22,812 nt of DNA from a virus. Shown here in pieces: positions 9,761-17,099 of the stretch (its first letter is position 1; every line of letters starts with the position of its first letter). The notes beneath the pieces were generated by a model. It worked only from the letters and a program-made list of their open reading frames with translations. It did not search any database and was not told the origin of the DNA. The translations under genes and the position numbers were made by a program. Location of the stretch: the UHGV virus genome UHGV-0339689, one strand, 5' to 3'.

Positions 9761-9767
9761 ATTATTA

Positions 9768-10118
9768 TCACTTAAGTCGTTCACGGGCCGTCTTCGCCTT
9801 ATGACACGGCCAGCACAGACTCTGCAGATTACAGTCGGCATCAGTGCCGCCATGCGCTTTAGGGATGATGTGGTCAACGGTTTTCGCCTCACGCACCACA
9901 CCAGCACGCAGACATAACTGACACAGGCCTTTGTCACGCTTCAGGACACCCGCGCGGATACTGTCCCACTTCGAACCATAACCGCGCTGATGACGGGATT
10001 GTCCTGGCTTGTATTGCTTCCAGCCCTCGCTTTTGTGGCTTTCGCAATAGCCTGACGGATCAGTCGTGGTATTGCGGCAACCGCGAAAACGGCAGGCTTT
10101 TGGGGTTCGTGGTGGCAT
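9768..10118 (-). CDS. HNH endonuclease (packaging-associated)
   Basis: 116-aa ORF with Cys-rich zinc-finger pairs and HNH-like core (CQLC...DHIIPKAHGG...CWPCH); immediately upstream of terminase. Confidence 0.85.
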   Translation of the reverse strand: MPPRTPKACRFRGCRNTTTDPSGYCESHKSEGWKQYKPGQSRHQRGYGSKWDSIRAGVLKRDKGLCQLCLRAGVVREAKTVDHIIPKAHGGTDADCNLQSLCWPCHKAKTARERLK

Positions 10119-10152
10119 TTATATCCCCTCTTTGGTGCACGCTTACAATGCG

Positions 10153-10178
10153 TAAAAAAGCCTCGCATTAGCGAGGCT
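10153..10178 (-). terminator. Rho-independent terminator
   Basis: Hairpin GCCTCGC-ATTA-GCGAGGC (10160-10177) followed on minus strand by TTTTTT. Confidence 0.6.
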
Positions 10179-10284
10179 CGTTTATATCTTGAAGGTGAAT
10201 ACTTATTGTCTTATCTATCCACGGGAAACATTAAGATTATTACACCCGTTAGTTGGGAAATAAAACAAAATGCAGGTGGTTTAT

Positions 10285-10509
10285 TTATTCTTTGCTGATT
10301 GCTTTCTGAATGGCATCGGCTAATGGTTCAATTAAGCCAATAGCTGCTTTTAATTCCTGTTCAAATTTTGCACTTGTAGCCTGACCACCTGCAGAAGAAA
10401 GTGAGGCCTTAACTAATTCAAGGGCAGCTTGAACAGCTATAACCCTCTGTTTTTGAGCTTGAGTTACAGGCTGAGCACCTATTCCTGAAGGGAAATAATT
10501 CTCTAACAT
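10285..10509 (-). CDS. Small Ala-rich hypothetical protein (74 aa), lower-GC moron
   Basis: SD GGAGGT 4 nt upstream of ATG; own terminator about 110 nt downstream; 267-bp AT-rich gap upstream. Confidence 0.5.
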   Translation of the reverse strand: MLENYFPSGIGAQPVTQAQKQRVIAVQAALELVKASLSSAGGQATSAKFEQELKAAIGLIEPLADAIQKAISKE

Positions 10510-10776
10510 TACAACCTCCGTATTAAAAAGTGAGGTTACACATTACCCTTAAGATTACTCTTAGTGAAGAGGTATCTCATAATTATCACCCTTACCAATA
10601 ACGCTTGATGAAATTTGTAATGGACTGGCTCTTATTTCAACGCAACCACTTACCGCGCGCCAGATGCTTAACCTCAAACATTAGCAATGAGATGTTTAAT
10701 CTGAATCCACTCCAGAAGTAATCACCACTCTGTCTACAGGGCCTGATGTGAAGGATGATGAGTAAAATTATCGCTA

Positions 10777-11238
10777 TCATCGAAGGCATTGCGTCCTGAT
10801 GTACTCCTGCAGGTAGTTAACCTGTGCGGTTATCCTGTCGATTCCACTTCGGAGACGGTAATAATTGAGTTCAGCATCTGCTGTAAGTCCTGGGCTTTCT
10901 CCATCGCCCATGCCGCTGGCTCTGGTCGTTGATTTTGCACAGGTGGCGGCGACTTGCAGGCGCTTACGCCCAGAAGAAACATCAGCACGGAGACTTTCGA
11001 TAGTCGCGTTAGCATCAGCAAGCTCCTTTGTGTATCTGGCGTCAAGTTCTGCTACGTCACGTTGACGCTTCTGCATATCAGAGATAGTCGCCATAGCCGA
11101 ATCTAATGCCATAGCATTCTCATCACGCTGCTTTTTGTATTCGATGGCTTTGCTGTGGTAATAATTTGCTGAACAGATAAAAGAACCAATGACAGTAACG
11201 AAGAATGCAGCGATAACCAGCTTATAGCTCAACTTCAT
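10777..11238 (-). CDS. Rz: Rz-type i-spanin
   Basis: 153 aa; N-terminal TM then coiled coil; strongly resembles remembered lambda Rz (QRDENA...DMQKRQRDVAELDARYTKELADA...). Confidence 0.85.
   Translation of the reverse strand: MKLSYKLVIAAFFVTVIGSFICSANYYHSKAIEYKKQRDENAMALDSAMATISDMQKRQRDVAELDARYTKELADANATIESLRADVSSGRKRLQVAATCAKSTTRASGMGDGESPGLTADAELNYYRLRSGIDRITAQVNYLQEYIRTQCLR
10830..11015 (-). CDS. Rz1: Rz1-type o-spanin lipoprotein embedded in Rz (+1 frame)
   Basis: MLTRLSKVSVLMFLLGVSAC lipobox signal then Pro-rich KSPPPVQNQRPEPAAW; SD AAGGAG 7 nt upstream of ATG at 11015; track ORF extends to a TTG at 11045. Confidence 0.65.
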   Translation of the reverse strand: MLTRLSKVSVLMFLLGVSACKSPPPVQNQRPEPAAWAMEKAQDLQQMLNSIITVSEVESTG

Positions 11239-11698
11239 TTACCACCCCGCCAGCCTCTTTGAATCGGGCAATCAGGTCACCGATTTTATGTTCATACTGA
11301 CCGTAACCAGCGCCCGGCAGTGAAGCCCAGATATTGCTGCAACGATCGATAGCCTGACGAATATCGCCGCGATCAATCATCGGTAAAGCGCCACGCTCTT
11401 TAATCTGCTGCAATGCCACAGCATCCTGGCTTTTTGGAGAGAAGTCTTTCAGCCCAAGCTGCTTGCGGTAAGCATCCCACCAGCGTGAAAGAAGTTGATA
11501 ACGGCCTGCAGCTGTTGATTTGAGTTTGGGGTTTAGCGTGACAAGTTTGCGAGGGTGATCGGAGTAATCAGTGAAGAGTTCACCACCGACAATAATATCA
11601 TAACCGTGGTTACGTGTCGGTTGTCGCCCGTTATCCGTTCCTTCTGACCATGCCACCATATCGAGGAAAGCTTTACGCTGAGGATTAAGATTTTGCAT
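11222..11698 (-). CDS. R: Endolysin, lambda R-type lytic transglycosylase
   Basis: 158 aa; near-identical over long stretches to remembered lambda R (NQRKAFLDM.AWSEGTDNGRQ.TRNHGYD.IVGGELFTDYSDHPRKLVTLNPKLKST). Confidence 0.9.
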   Translation of the reverse strand: MQNLNPQRKAFLDMVAWSEGTDNGRQPTRNHGYDIIVGGELFTDYSDHPRKLVTLNPKLKSTAAGRYQLLSRWWDAYRKQLGLKDFSPKSQDAVALQQIKERGALPMIDRGDIRQAIDRCSNIWASLPGAGYGQYEHKIGDLIARFKEAGGVVNEVEL

Positions 11699-12089
11699 TT
11701 TTCACCCCTGTCAGTCGTTCCCAGAAGTACGTCAGTGCAACCGAACCCATCGCACCACTAATCCCCGCTGTCGCGAGAATCATGTAAATACTGAATCCAC
11801 TTTCGATGCTGATCAGGCCACCAATAACACCGGTGAATCCTGATACCACTATCTGAGCCAGAGCATTTATCCAACACCACGTTGCTTTACTCTGCTTCAC
11901 ATCTATCAGGTAGCGGACCAGACCGCCCCAACCTGCGATGATCAGCAAAACGAGCCAGAACGCTCCAGCAAGATTCTCTTTTTCGTGCATATGAATAGCC
12001 GCAGTTTCGCCTCCGACAGAAAATCGGAGCGTGAAATGATATGTTGATTTATTATTAATTCGAAAATTACATTCTAATTCATCAGGCAT
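11685..12089 (-). CDS. Putative holin (start uncertain; core begins near MHEKENLAGAFWLVLLII)
   Basis: Hydrophobic segments, immediately upstream of and overlapping the endolysin gene; N-terminal 30 codons AT-rich and lacking SD. Confidence 0.6.
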   Translation of the reverse strand: MPDELECNFRINNKSTYHFTLRFSVGGETAAIHMHEKENLAGAFWLVLLIIAGWGGLVRYLIDVKQSKATWCWINALAQIVVSGFTGVIGGLISIESGFSIYMILATAGISGAMGSVALTYFWERLTGVKNAKS

Positions 12090-12107
12090 TGATGATTTTA
12101 TAATAAT

Positions 12108-12130
12108 AAAGGCCGTTCGTTACGGCCTTT
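12108..12130 (-). terminator. Hairpin, possible partial terminator after moron gene
   Basis: AAAGGCCG-TTCGTTA-CGGCCTTT followed on minus strand by ATTATTAT. Confidence 0.35.
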
Positions 12131-12141
12131 ATTATTGATAT

Positions 12142-12477
12142 TTATTTTACATCCCAAGGTAGTTCCTCAAGAGAGAAGACTAATTCATTATCAATGATTT
12201 CGTATTCTGCATAACCTTCAACCTCTCCTGAGAAGTTATTGTCAACGCATCCTTCATAATAGCTATATGGTGCTATAAAGTGAAACCCATATTCATCTAT
12301 CTCTGTGATTTCAAAATTGTAGTAATCGTAAGAATATCGAATATCATCATCAGAAATAGAACTAAGTACATAGTTATTAAATTTATCGGAATGCTTAACG
12401 ATAAGCTCTGACAACGCGTCAAGATTCTCTGGAGAGATATTTCCTAACGGTAATCTGTACTCAACGGCATTAATCAT
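12142..12477 (-). CDS. Acidic Tyr-rich hypothetical protein (111 aa), low-GC late-region moron
   Basis: SD AGGAGG 4 nt upstream of ATG; about 24 Asp+Glu versus 5 Lys+Arg; no hydrophobic segment; sits between tR' and the holin. Confidence 0.7.
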   Translation of the reverse strand: MINAVEYRLPLGNISPENLDALSELIVKHSDKFNNYVLSSISDDDIRYSYDYYNFEITEIDEYGFHFIAPYSYYEGCVDNNFSGEVEGYAEYEIIDNELVFSLEELPWDVK

Positions 12478-12530
12478 ACAACCTCCTTTTTAACTGATAT
12501 GAGGTTATATAATGTGTTTCAGTACAAGTA

Positions 12531-12556
12531 AATAAAAACCCGCTCAACAGCGGGTT
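12531..12556 (-). terminator. tR'-like intrinsic terminator downstream of late promoter
   Basis: Hairpin AACCCGC-TCAACA-GCGGGTT followed on minus strand by TTTTTATT. Confidence 0.65.
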
Positions 12557-12602
12557 CGTGAAAATTATCAACGGCAGACATACAAAGCCCATCGTTGAGA
12601 AA

Positions 12603-12631
12603 ATCTTATCCATATTTTTTGAAAAATGCAA
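12603..12631 (-). promoter_or_regulatory. Candidate late promoter PR' (minus strand -35 TTGCAT, 17 bp, -10 TAAGAT)
   Basis: Hexamers read on minus strand at 12631-12626 and 12608-12603, directly downstream of the Q stop (12663). Confidence 0.5.
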
Positions 12632-12662
12632 GCTTCATGTCGCCATCTTCGGCGAAAATCAC

Positions 12663-13415
12663 TTATCTCGTCACCTTTCTCAATTGCGTTTCAGCATATG
12701 CTTCTTCCTGCCAGCACTTTGTTACTAGTTTATCAATTACGTCTGCATATCCTTTGTACCACTGATAATCAGTCAGGTCTGGAACCAGCTTCTGGACATG
12801 ACGTCGTGCCAGTGTAGTTGGTAAACGGCTAAACCGGTTTCCATTGCAACGCCCACAAATCTTATAAACAGGCGTGCCATGAAGCCGGGTCCTTTTTTCA
12901 TCCAGGACAATACCTTTACCCTTACACCCTCTGCACGCTGTGCTGACTTCTCCCTTACCATGACAATGCTGACATAGTTCCTTCACCCACTCTTCCTTGA
13001 TAACAGATTCCCCGCTTCTGGAGTGTTTCACCACCTCGCGCAATACATTATGAAATCCAGTACCAGCACAATGCTCACAGCGAGCCTTACTTGCCGCAGA
13101 CCTGGAATAATCAGCAAAGGCAAAATTCACAAGGTAAGGAATGATCTGTAGCCGGGTTTCTTCACTCAATTTATTCAATGTCGGGTTATCCAGTGCCATC
13201 GCGTAATTGAGCAGACCTTCAATCGCAAACTGAGGATCCTGAACACCAACTTTTGCCAGGAATAAGGCAAACCCAAGCGGTGCTTTCGACTGCACCATCC
13301 CCTGCGCAGCCATCACATCCGTAATCGTTAAACCACCAGAGCCTGTCGCCGGTGCGTCATCGCTCAGTTTTGGAGATTTCGGGGAGTAATATTTCGGTAA
13401 GGCTTCAAGGTTCAT
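12663..13415 (-). CDS. Q: Late-gene antitermination protein Q (phage 82/21-type, zinc-binding)
   Basis: 250 aa with Cys clusters (CEHCAGTG, CQHCHGKG, CRGCKGKG, CGRCNG); positioned immediately upstream of PR'/tR' and lysis cassette. Confidence 0.8.
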   Translation of the reverse strand: MNLEALPKYYSPKSPKLSDDAPATGSGGLTITDVMAAQGMVQSKAPLGFALFLAKVGVQDPQFAIEGLLNYAMALDNPTLNKLSEETRLQIIPYLVNFAFADYSRSAASKARCEHCAGTGFHNVLREVVKHSRSGESVIKEEWVKELCQHCHGKGEVSTACRGCKGKGIVLDEKRTRLHGTPVYKICGRCNGNRFSRLPTTLARRHVQKLVPDLTDYQWYKGYADVIDKLVTKCWQEEAYAETQLRKVTR

Positions 13416-13428
13416 GCTCGTTCTCCAC

Positions 13429-14424
13429 TTACGCCAGTACGCCTATTGCCAGCGCACGATCGATAAAACGAAATATCAGCTCCAGCTGGGAACCATACTT
13501 CTCTTCAAATGCCACGGTATCCGCATGCAGCTCGTCGTGATGCTTTCTGCACAAAGGCAACACAAAGAGGTCATGCGCTTTTGTACCCATTCCCCCCTGA
13601 CCGTGGCCTATCAGGTGGTGGGGATCATCAGCAGGCTTTCCACAACATGCACACGGCTGTGTCTTAACCCAGCGTGTGTACTTTTCATTAACCCAGCGGC
13701 GACGTTTTGGGCGTAACATAAAAGACTCCGGCGACTCCGGATCCACTTTCAGCGCCAGCACCTTTTTCACCTTATCCTGGATGATGCTGGTGGCAGGAAC
13801 CGAAGGCACAAGGTCACTTTCCCGGGTGACAGACGGCACAACAGGCTTCGGTAATCTCAGTGCCTTACGGGCTGCACTTTCCGGTAAGGCATCCGCCAGG
13901 TCATTACGAATCAGCCACCAGCACAGTTCCGGCATTGTCACAACGTGACTATCATCAAAACCGAGATCCCGACGCACAACAGACAACACCCAGCGGGCAC
14001 AGTTATCCGTTGCCATTGATTCCAGCCGTTCCGTGAACTGATCGCGCAGCTGGTTATCGCAGTGCCAGCACAGACGGATTGCGCCCGGCGCGTGTCGCAT
14101 TGTTGTCATGTTCTCGCTGTGCCAGTCGGAATGAGGCCACTGGCAGCCTTTTTCACGAAGTAACCAGCTTTCAAGACATTCCACGCCACCAGCACGACGG
14201 ATCACTGCCTCATTGCGGAACACGGCCCGAACGTCAGGATCATCCGCCAGCGGTTGTGATGCCGCCGGAACAGCACCACTGGCGAAAGATGAATAACGTT
14301 CCGGCTCAGGCTCCAGCAGGACACGCCCCTGCATAAACAGGGGCATCAGCTCTGAACCTGGTCTGAACAATACGATCCCCATACGCGGGGCAATTTCAGG
14401 GGTCAGTAGTGCTCTCACGGTCAC
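13429..14424 (-). CDS. DUF968-family prophage protein (C-terminal HNH-like Cys/His motif)
   Basis: 331 aa; C-terminal CACCGKPADDPHHLIGHGQGGMGTKAHDLFVLPLCRKHHDELH pattern as remembered for DUF968 proteins of lambdoid nin regions. Confidence 0.7.
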   Translation of the reverse strand: MTVRALLTPEIAPRMGIVLFRPGSELMPLFMQGRVLLEPEPERYSSFASGAVPAASQPLADDPDVRAVFRNEAVIRRAGGVECLESWLLREKGCQWPHSDWHSENMTTMRHAPGAIRLCWHCDNQLRDQFTERLESMATDNCARWVLSVVRRDLGFDDSHVVTMPELCWWLIRNDLADALPESAARKALRLPKPVVPSVTRESDLVPSVPATSIIQDKVKKVLALKVDPESPESFMLRPKRRRWVNEKYTRWVKTQPCACCGKPADDPHHLIGHGQGGMGTKAHDLFVLPLCRKHHDELHADTVAFEEKYGSQLELIFRFIDRALAIGVLA

Positions 14425-14425
14425 C

Positions 14426-15223
14426 TCAATGAACGGTATCGAGCAGCTTTAACAGCTCAGGGAATCGGGATTCGAAGAAATGCGGCTGCGTCTCACGCGG
14501 ATTTGCGGGACTGGTGATATTCTTGCCGAACATGCAGCCTTTCGCTGTCAGCGACCAGAATTTTTTGATGTTGTTAATCGCTGTACGGCTGTATCGTTCG
14601 CGCTGTTCGACGATCCCCAGCTTCGCCATCTGGTGATATGCCTGATTAGCCGTAAGGCGGATACCATACTGCTTCAGCAGTGCACTCAGTGACAGCGTGG
14701 GGCGGCTTGAGCCATCAGGCGCGTCAGCAGGAGCATCAATGGCATAGCGCGGTGCCAGATTCGGTAAGCCAACAGCCTCCTGAAGTTTCTGACAGGCTCC
14801 AAGCACTGAAGAGTTAGACAGATTTAACTCCCGGCGCATAAAGTCCAGCAGAATCACACCAGCCTGCATCTTGTCAGCAGCCTGTCCGGATAATTTTTCC
14901 GGTGCGCTGGTTACCATGTCGAAAGTACGGATCACCTTCAGATGGAATGACGGGCTGATCCACATTGCATAGGCATACACCAGTTCTTTGCAGACATACG
15001 TCCCCTGGTTATTTCCGCCACGAATAACGTTAACTGGCTCTATATTGACCGAGTTGCAAATCTGCAACTCGCTTATTAAACGCTCAGTTTGCTCATTGCG
15101 GAGCCAGAATGCAGGCTTATGCTTATCCAGAGAACCGGCAGCCCTGTGCAGATCGTTCAGGCTGTAACGCCCATAAGCATCACGACGAACTTCAATACCA
15201 TCAATGACCATCAGATTATTCAT
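14426..15223 (-). CDS. KilA-N domain protein (antirepressor-like)
   Basis: 265 aa; N-terminal region resembles KilA-N DNA-binding domain; nin-region context. Confidence 0.65.
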   Translation of the reverse strand: MNNLMVIDGIEVRRDAYGRYSLNDLHRAAGSLDKHKPAFWLRNEQTERLISELQICNSVNIEPVNVIRGGNNQGTYVCKELVYAYAMWISPSFHLKVIRTFDMVTSAPEKLSGQAADKMQAGVILLDFMRRELNLSNSSVLGACQKLQEAVGLPNLAPRYAIDAPADAPDGSSRPTLSLSALLKQYGIRLTANQAYHQMAKLGIVEQRERYSRTAINNIKKFWSLTAKGCMFGKNITSPANPRETQPHFFESRFPELLKLLDTVH

Positions 15224-15242
15224 ACTTCGTTTCTCCTCTTAA

Positions 15243-15632
15243 TCAGGCGGCTGCACCCGCCGTTTTCTCGTACTTACTGATAGTGATCTCGACCTTCCCT
15301 TCCGGGATAACCGGTCCCCACTCCACCAGCATTCTTTTCACCTGACTGTCGTCTTCCCACACACCCGCGTGGGTCAGGGCGTCAAACAGCGCCTTGTTAT
15401 AGTTGTCCAGATCGCGGATCCGGTTATCCGGAGGAAACAACACGATCTCCACTGAAGCAGGTGCCGACGTTGGTTTTGGCAGACGACGTAACTGCTCAAC
15501 TATTGCTGCACACGCCGCGCTCTGGAATTTGCGCCCCGCCGCGCTTATCAGGCTCTTACCTGCAAACGCCCCTTTGTTGGGGTGTCGCCAGTACGTGTTC
15601 ACGCTGGGCGGGAAAGGCAGAATCAGCTTCAT
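15243..15632 (-). CDS. rusA: RusA-family Holliday junction resolvase
   Basis: 129 aa; MKLILPFPPSVNTYW... and DLDNYNKALFDALTHAGVWEDDSQV motifs typical of RusA. Confidence 0.85.
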   Translation of the reverse strand: MKLILPFPPSVNTYWRHPNKGAFAGKSLISAAGRKFQSAACAAIVEQLRRLPKPTSAPASVEIVLFPPDNRIRDLDNYNKALFDALTHAGVWEDDSQVKRMLVEWGPVIPEGKVEITISKYEKTAGAAA

Positions 15633-15955
15633 ACTTTCAGACCCCTCTCATGTAACCAGTGGGCTGCACGCAGCCTGGCGTTTTCCTCACCGGCAAGCAG
15701 TGAGCGGATAATCCCGACCGCCTCGCTGTCGTCGTCCTTCACCGCGGTATGAAGCGTTATCCCCCGGGCCACACCACGCTTTATCGTGATGACGCCTTTT
15801 TTCTCCAGTGCGCGAAGATGCTCCACCGCTGCATTCACTGAACGATATCCCAGCATGGTTGCCACCTCCTGATTGGTTGGCGGAAAGCCACGCTCTTTCT
15901 GGTAAGAAATCAGCATATCCAGCACCTGCTGCTGGCATTGAGTTAACGTCGTCAT
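15629..15955 (-). CDS. LexA N-terminal DNA-binding-domain protein (no peptidase domain)
   Basis: 108 aa; QQVLDMLISYQKERGFPPTNQEVATMLGYRSVNAAVEHLRALEKKGVI closely parallels the remembered LexA winged-helix domain. Confidence 0.8.
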   Translation of the reverse strand: MTTLTQCQQQVLDMLISYQKERGFPPTNQEVATMLGYRSVNAAVEHLRALEKKGVITIKRGVARGITLHTAVKDDDSEAVGIIRSLLAGEENARLRAAHWLHERGLKV

Positions 15956-16605
15956 GCCGCCATCTCCCTGACCAGTTTTTCCGCCTGCTGGCGAACCTGC
16001 GCCAGAAAGGCCTCACCACATGCCTCAAGTTCATCGCGCCCGATGTAGCTGATTGCCGGTCCCTTCCAGGTCTTGTCGAAAACAGCAATAGCACCAGCGA
16101 AGAAAGCGCCTGTCGGTACCTGCTTCTCGTCTTTCGGGATAAACCAGACAGGCAGTTCAAAACCAATACGCCCGCGAATAAAAGCAATATGATCTGCATT
16201 TTCCGGCCACCACACTTCGCTGGTGGCAGCTTTGATCAGGAAAACATAGCGCCCGCCTTTATCACGCATGGCACTGGCATGCTTCATGATGTAACGCATG
16301 CCGGTGATGTATTGCCCCTCATGCTGACTGGCGCGGCTGTATGGGGGATTACCAAAGGCAGCACCTTTAAGCTCCGCAAGACGTTCTGACCAGTCATGCG
16401 CCAGCGCGTTGTCTTCCGCCGTGTAATACGCGGCACATTTGGCGTTATCACCGTCAGTGAACAGATCCAGAACAAACGGGCCAAACAGGGTGTTAATTCC
16501 CCAGAAAATGTTGTCCGGCGTGCGCCACTGATCGCCCACTTCCTTCAGTTCATGGGCTGGTTTGTTCCGCAGTTCCACCAGCGCCTGGCAATATTTATTA
16601 CTCAT
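15952..16605 (-). CDS. Phage Dam-type N6-adenine DNA methyltransferase
   Basis: NPPY motif (AAFGNPPYS); track ORF starts at GTG 16638, but the ATG at 16605 shares a TAATG junction with the upstream gene. Confidence 0.8.
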   Translation of the reverse strand: MSNKYCQALVELRNKPAHELKEVGDQWRTPDNIFWGINTLFGPFVLDLFTDGDNAKCAAYYTAEDNALAHDWSERLAELKGAAFGNPPYSRASQHEGQYITGMRYIMKHASAMRDKGGRYVFLIKAATSEVWWPENADHIAFIRGRIGFELPVWFIPKDEKQVPTGAFFAGAIAVFDKTWKGPAISYIGRDELEACGEAFLAQVRQQAEKLVREMAA

Positions 16606-17099
16606 TAAGCCCCCACGTAATTCCCTGACAGATACCACTCTTCACCCGATGCAGCGCGCTTGCTGCTTTTCCGTAAGCACCGCTCACGACGCGCCAGAAA
16701 ATTGTTTCGCTCTTGCTGGGAGTGGCTTTCACGGAATGCCGCCATCCACACCGTTGCAGCACGACGGTATAAGCCCCTGGACTCCAGTTCTTCCGCCTGG
16801 CGGGTCAGGCACAAAATCTCCCGCGGGTCGTTAGTGCCGACATAGAAATTGCGCACAGGTCTGGTTTCACGAACTGGTTGCGGTTCCGCCTCCTGCGCTC
16901 TCTCAGTCAGGCGCGGGAAATGTCTGCGTGTATCCCCTTCACAACGGTGAGCCACACGACCACTCTGACGTAACTTGCTTGCTGACTGCAGAACGCGCTG
17001 CCGTGAGTAACCTGCAAAAGCATCCGCAATGTCTCCGGAAGTACACCCCGGATGGGCTTCAATGTATTTCTGAACTTCATTCAAAAGACTCATGATCAC
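16605..17099 (-). CDS. PerC/ANR-like transcriptional regulator
   Basis: 164 aa; LESRGLYRRAATVWMAA motif as remembered for PerC-family proteins; basic C-terminus. Confidence 0.5.
   Translation of the reverse strand: MIMSLLNEVQKYIEAHPGCTSGDIADAFAGYSRQRVLQSASKLRQSGRVAHRCEGDTRRHFPRLTERAQEAEPQPVRETRPVRNFYVGTNDPREILCLTRQAEELESRGLYRRAATVWMAAFRESHSQQERNNFLARRERCLRKSSKRAASGEEWYLSGNYVGA

Noticed and set aside
15808-16389. Plus-strand 193-aa ORF antisense to LexA-like and methylase genes
   Set aside because: Antisense to two translationally coupled genes with recognisable motifs
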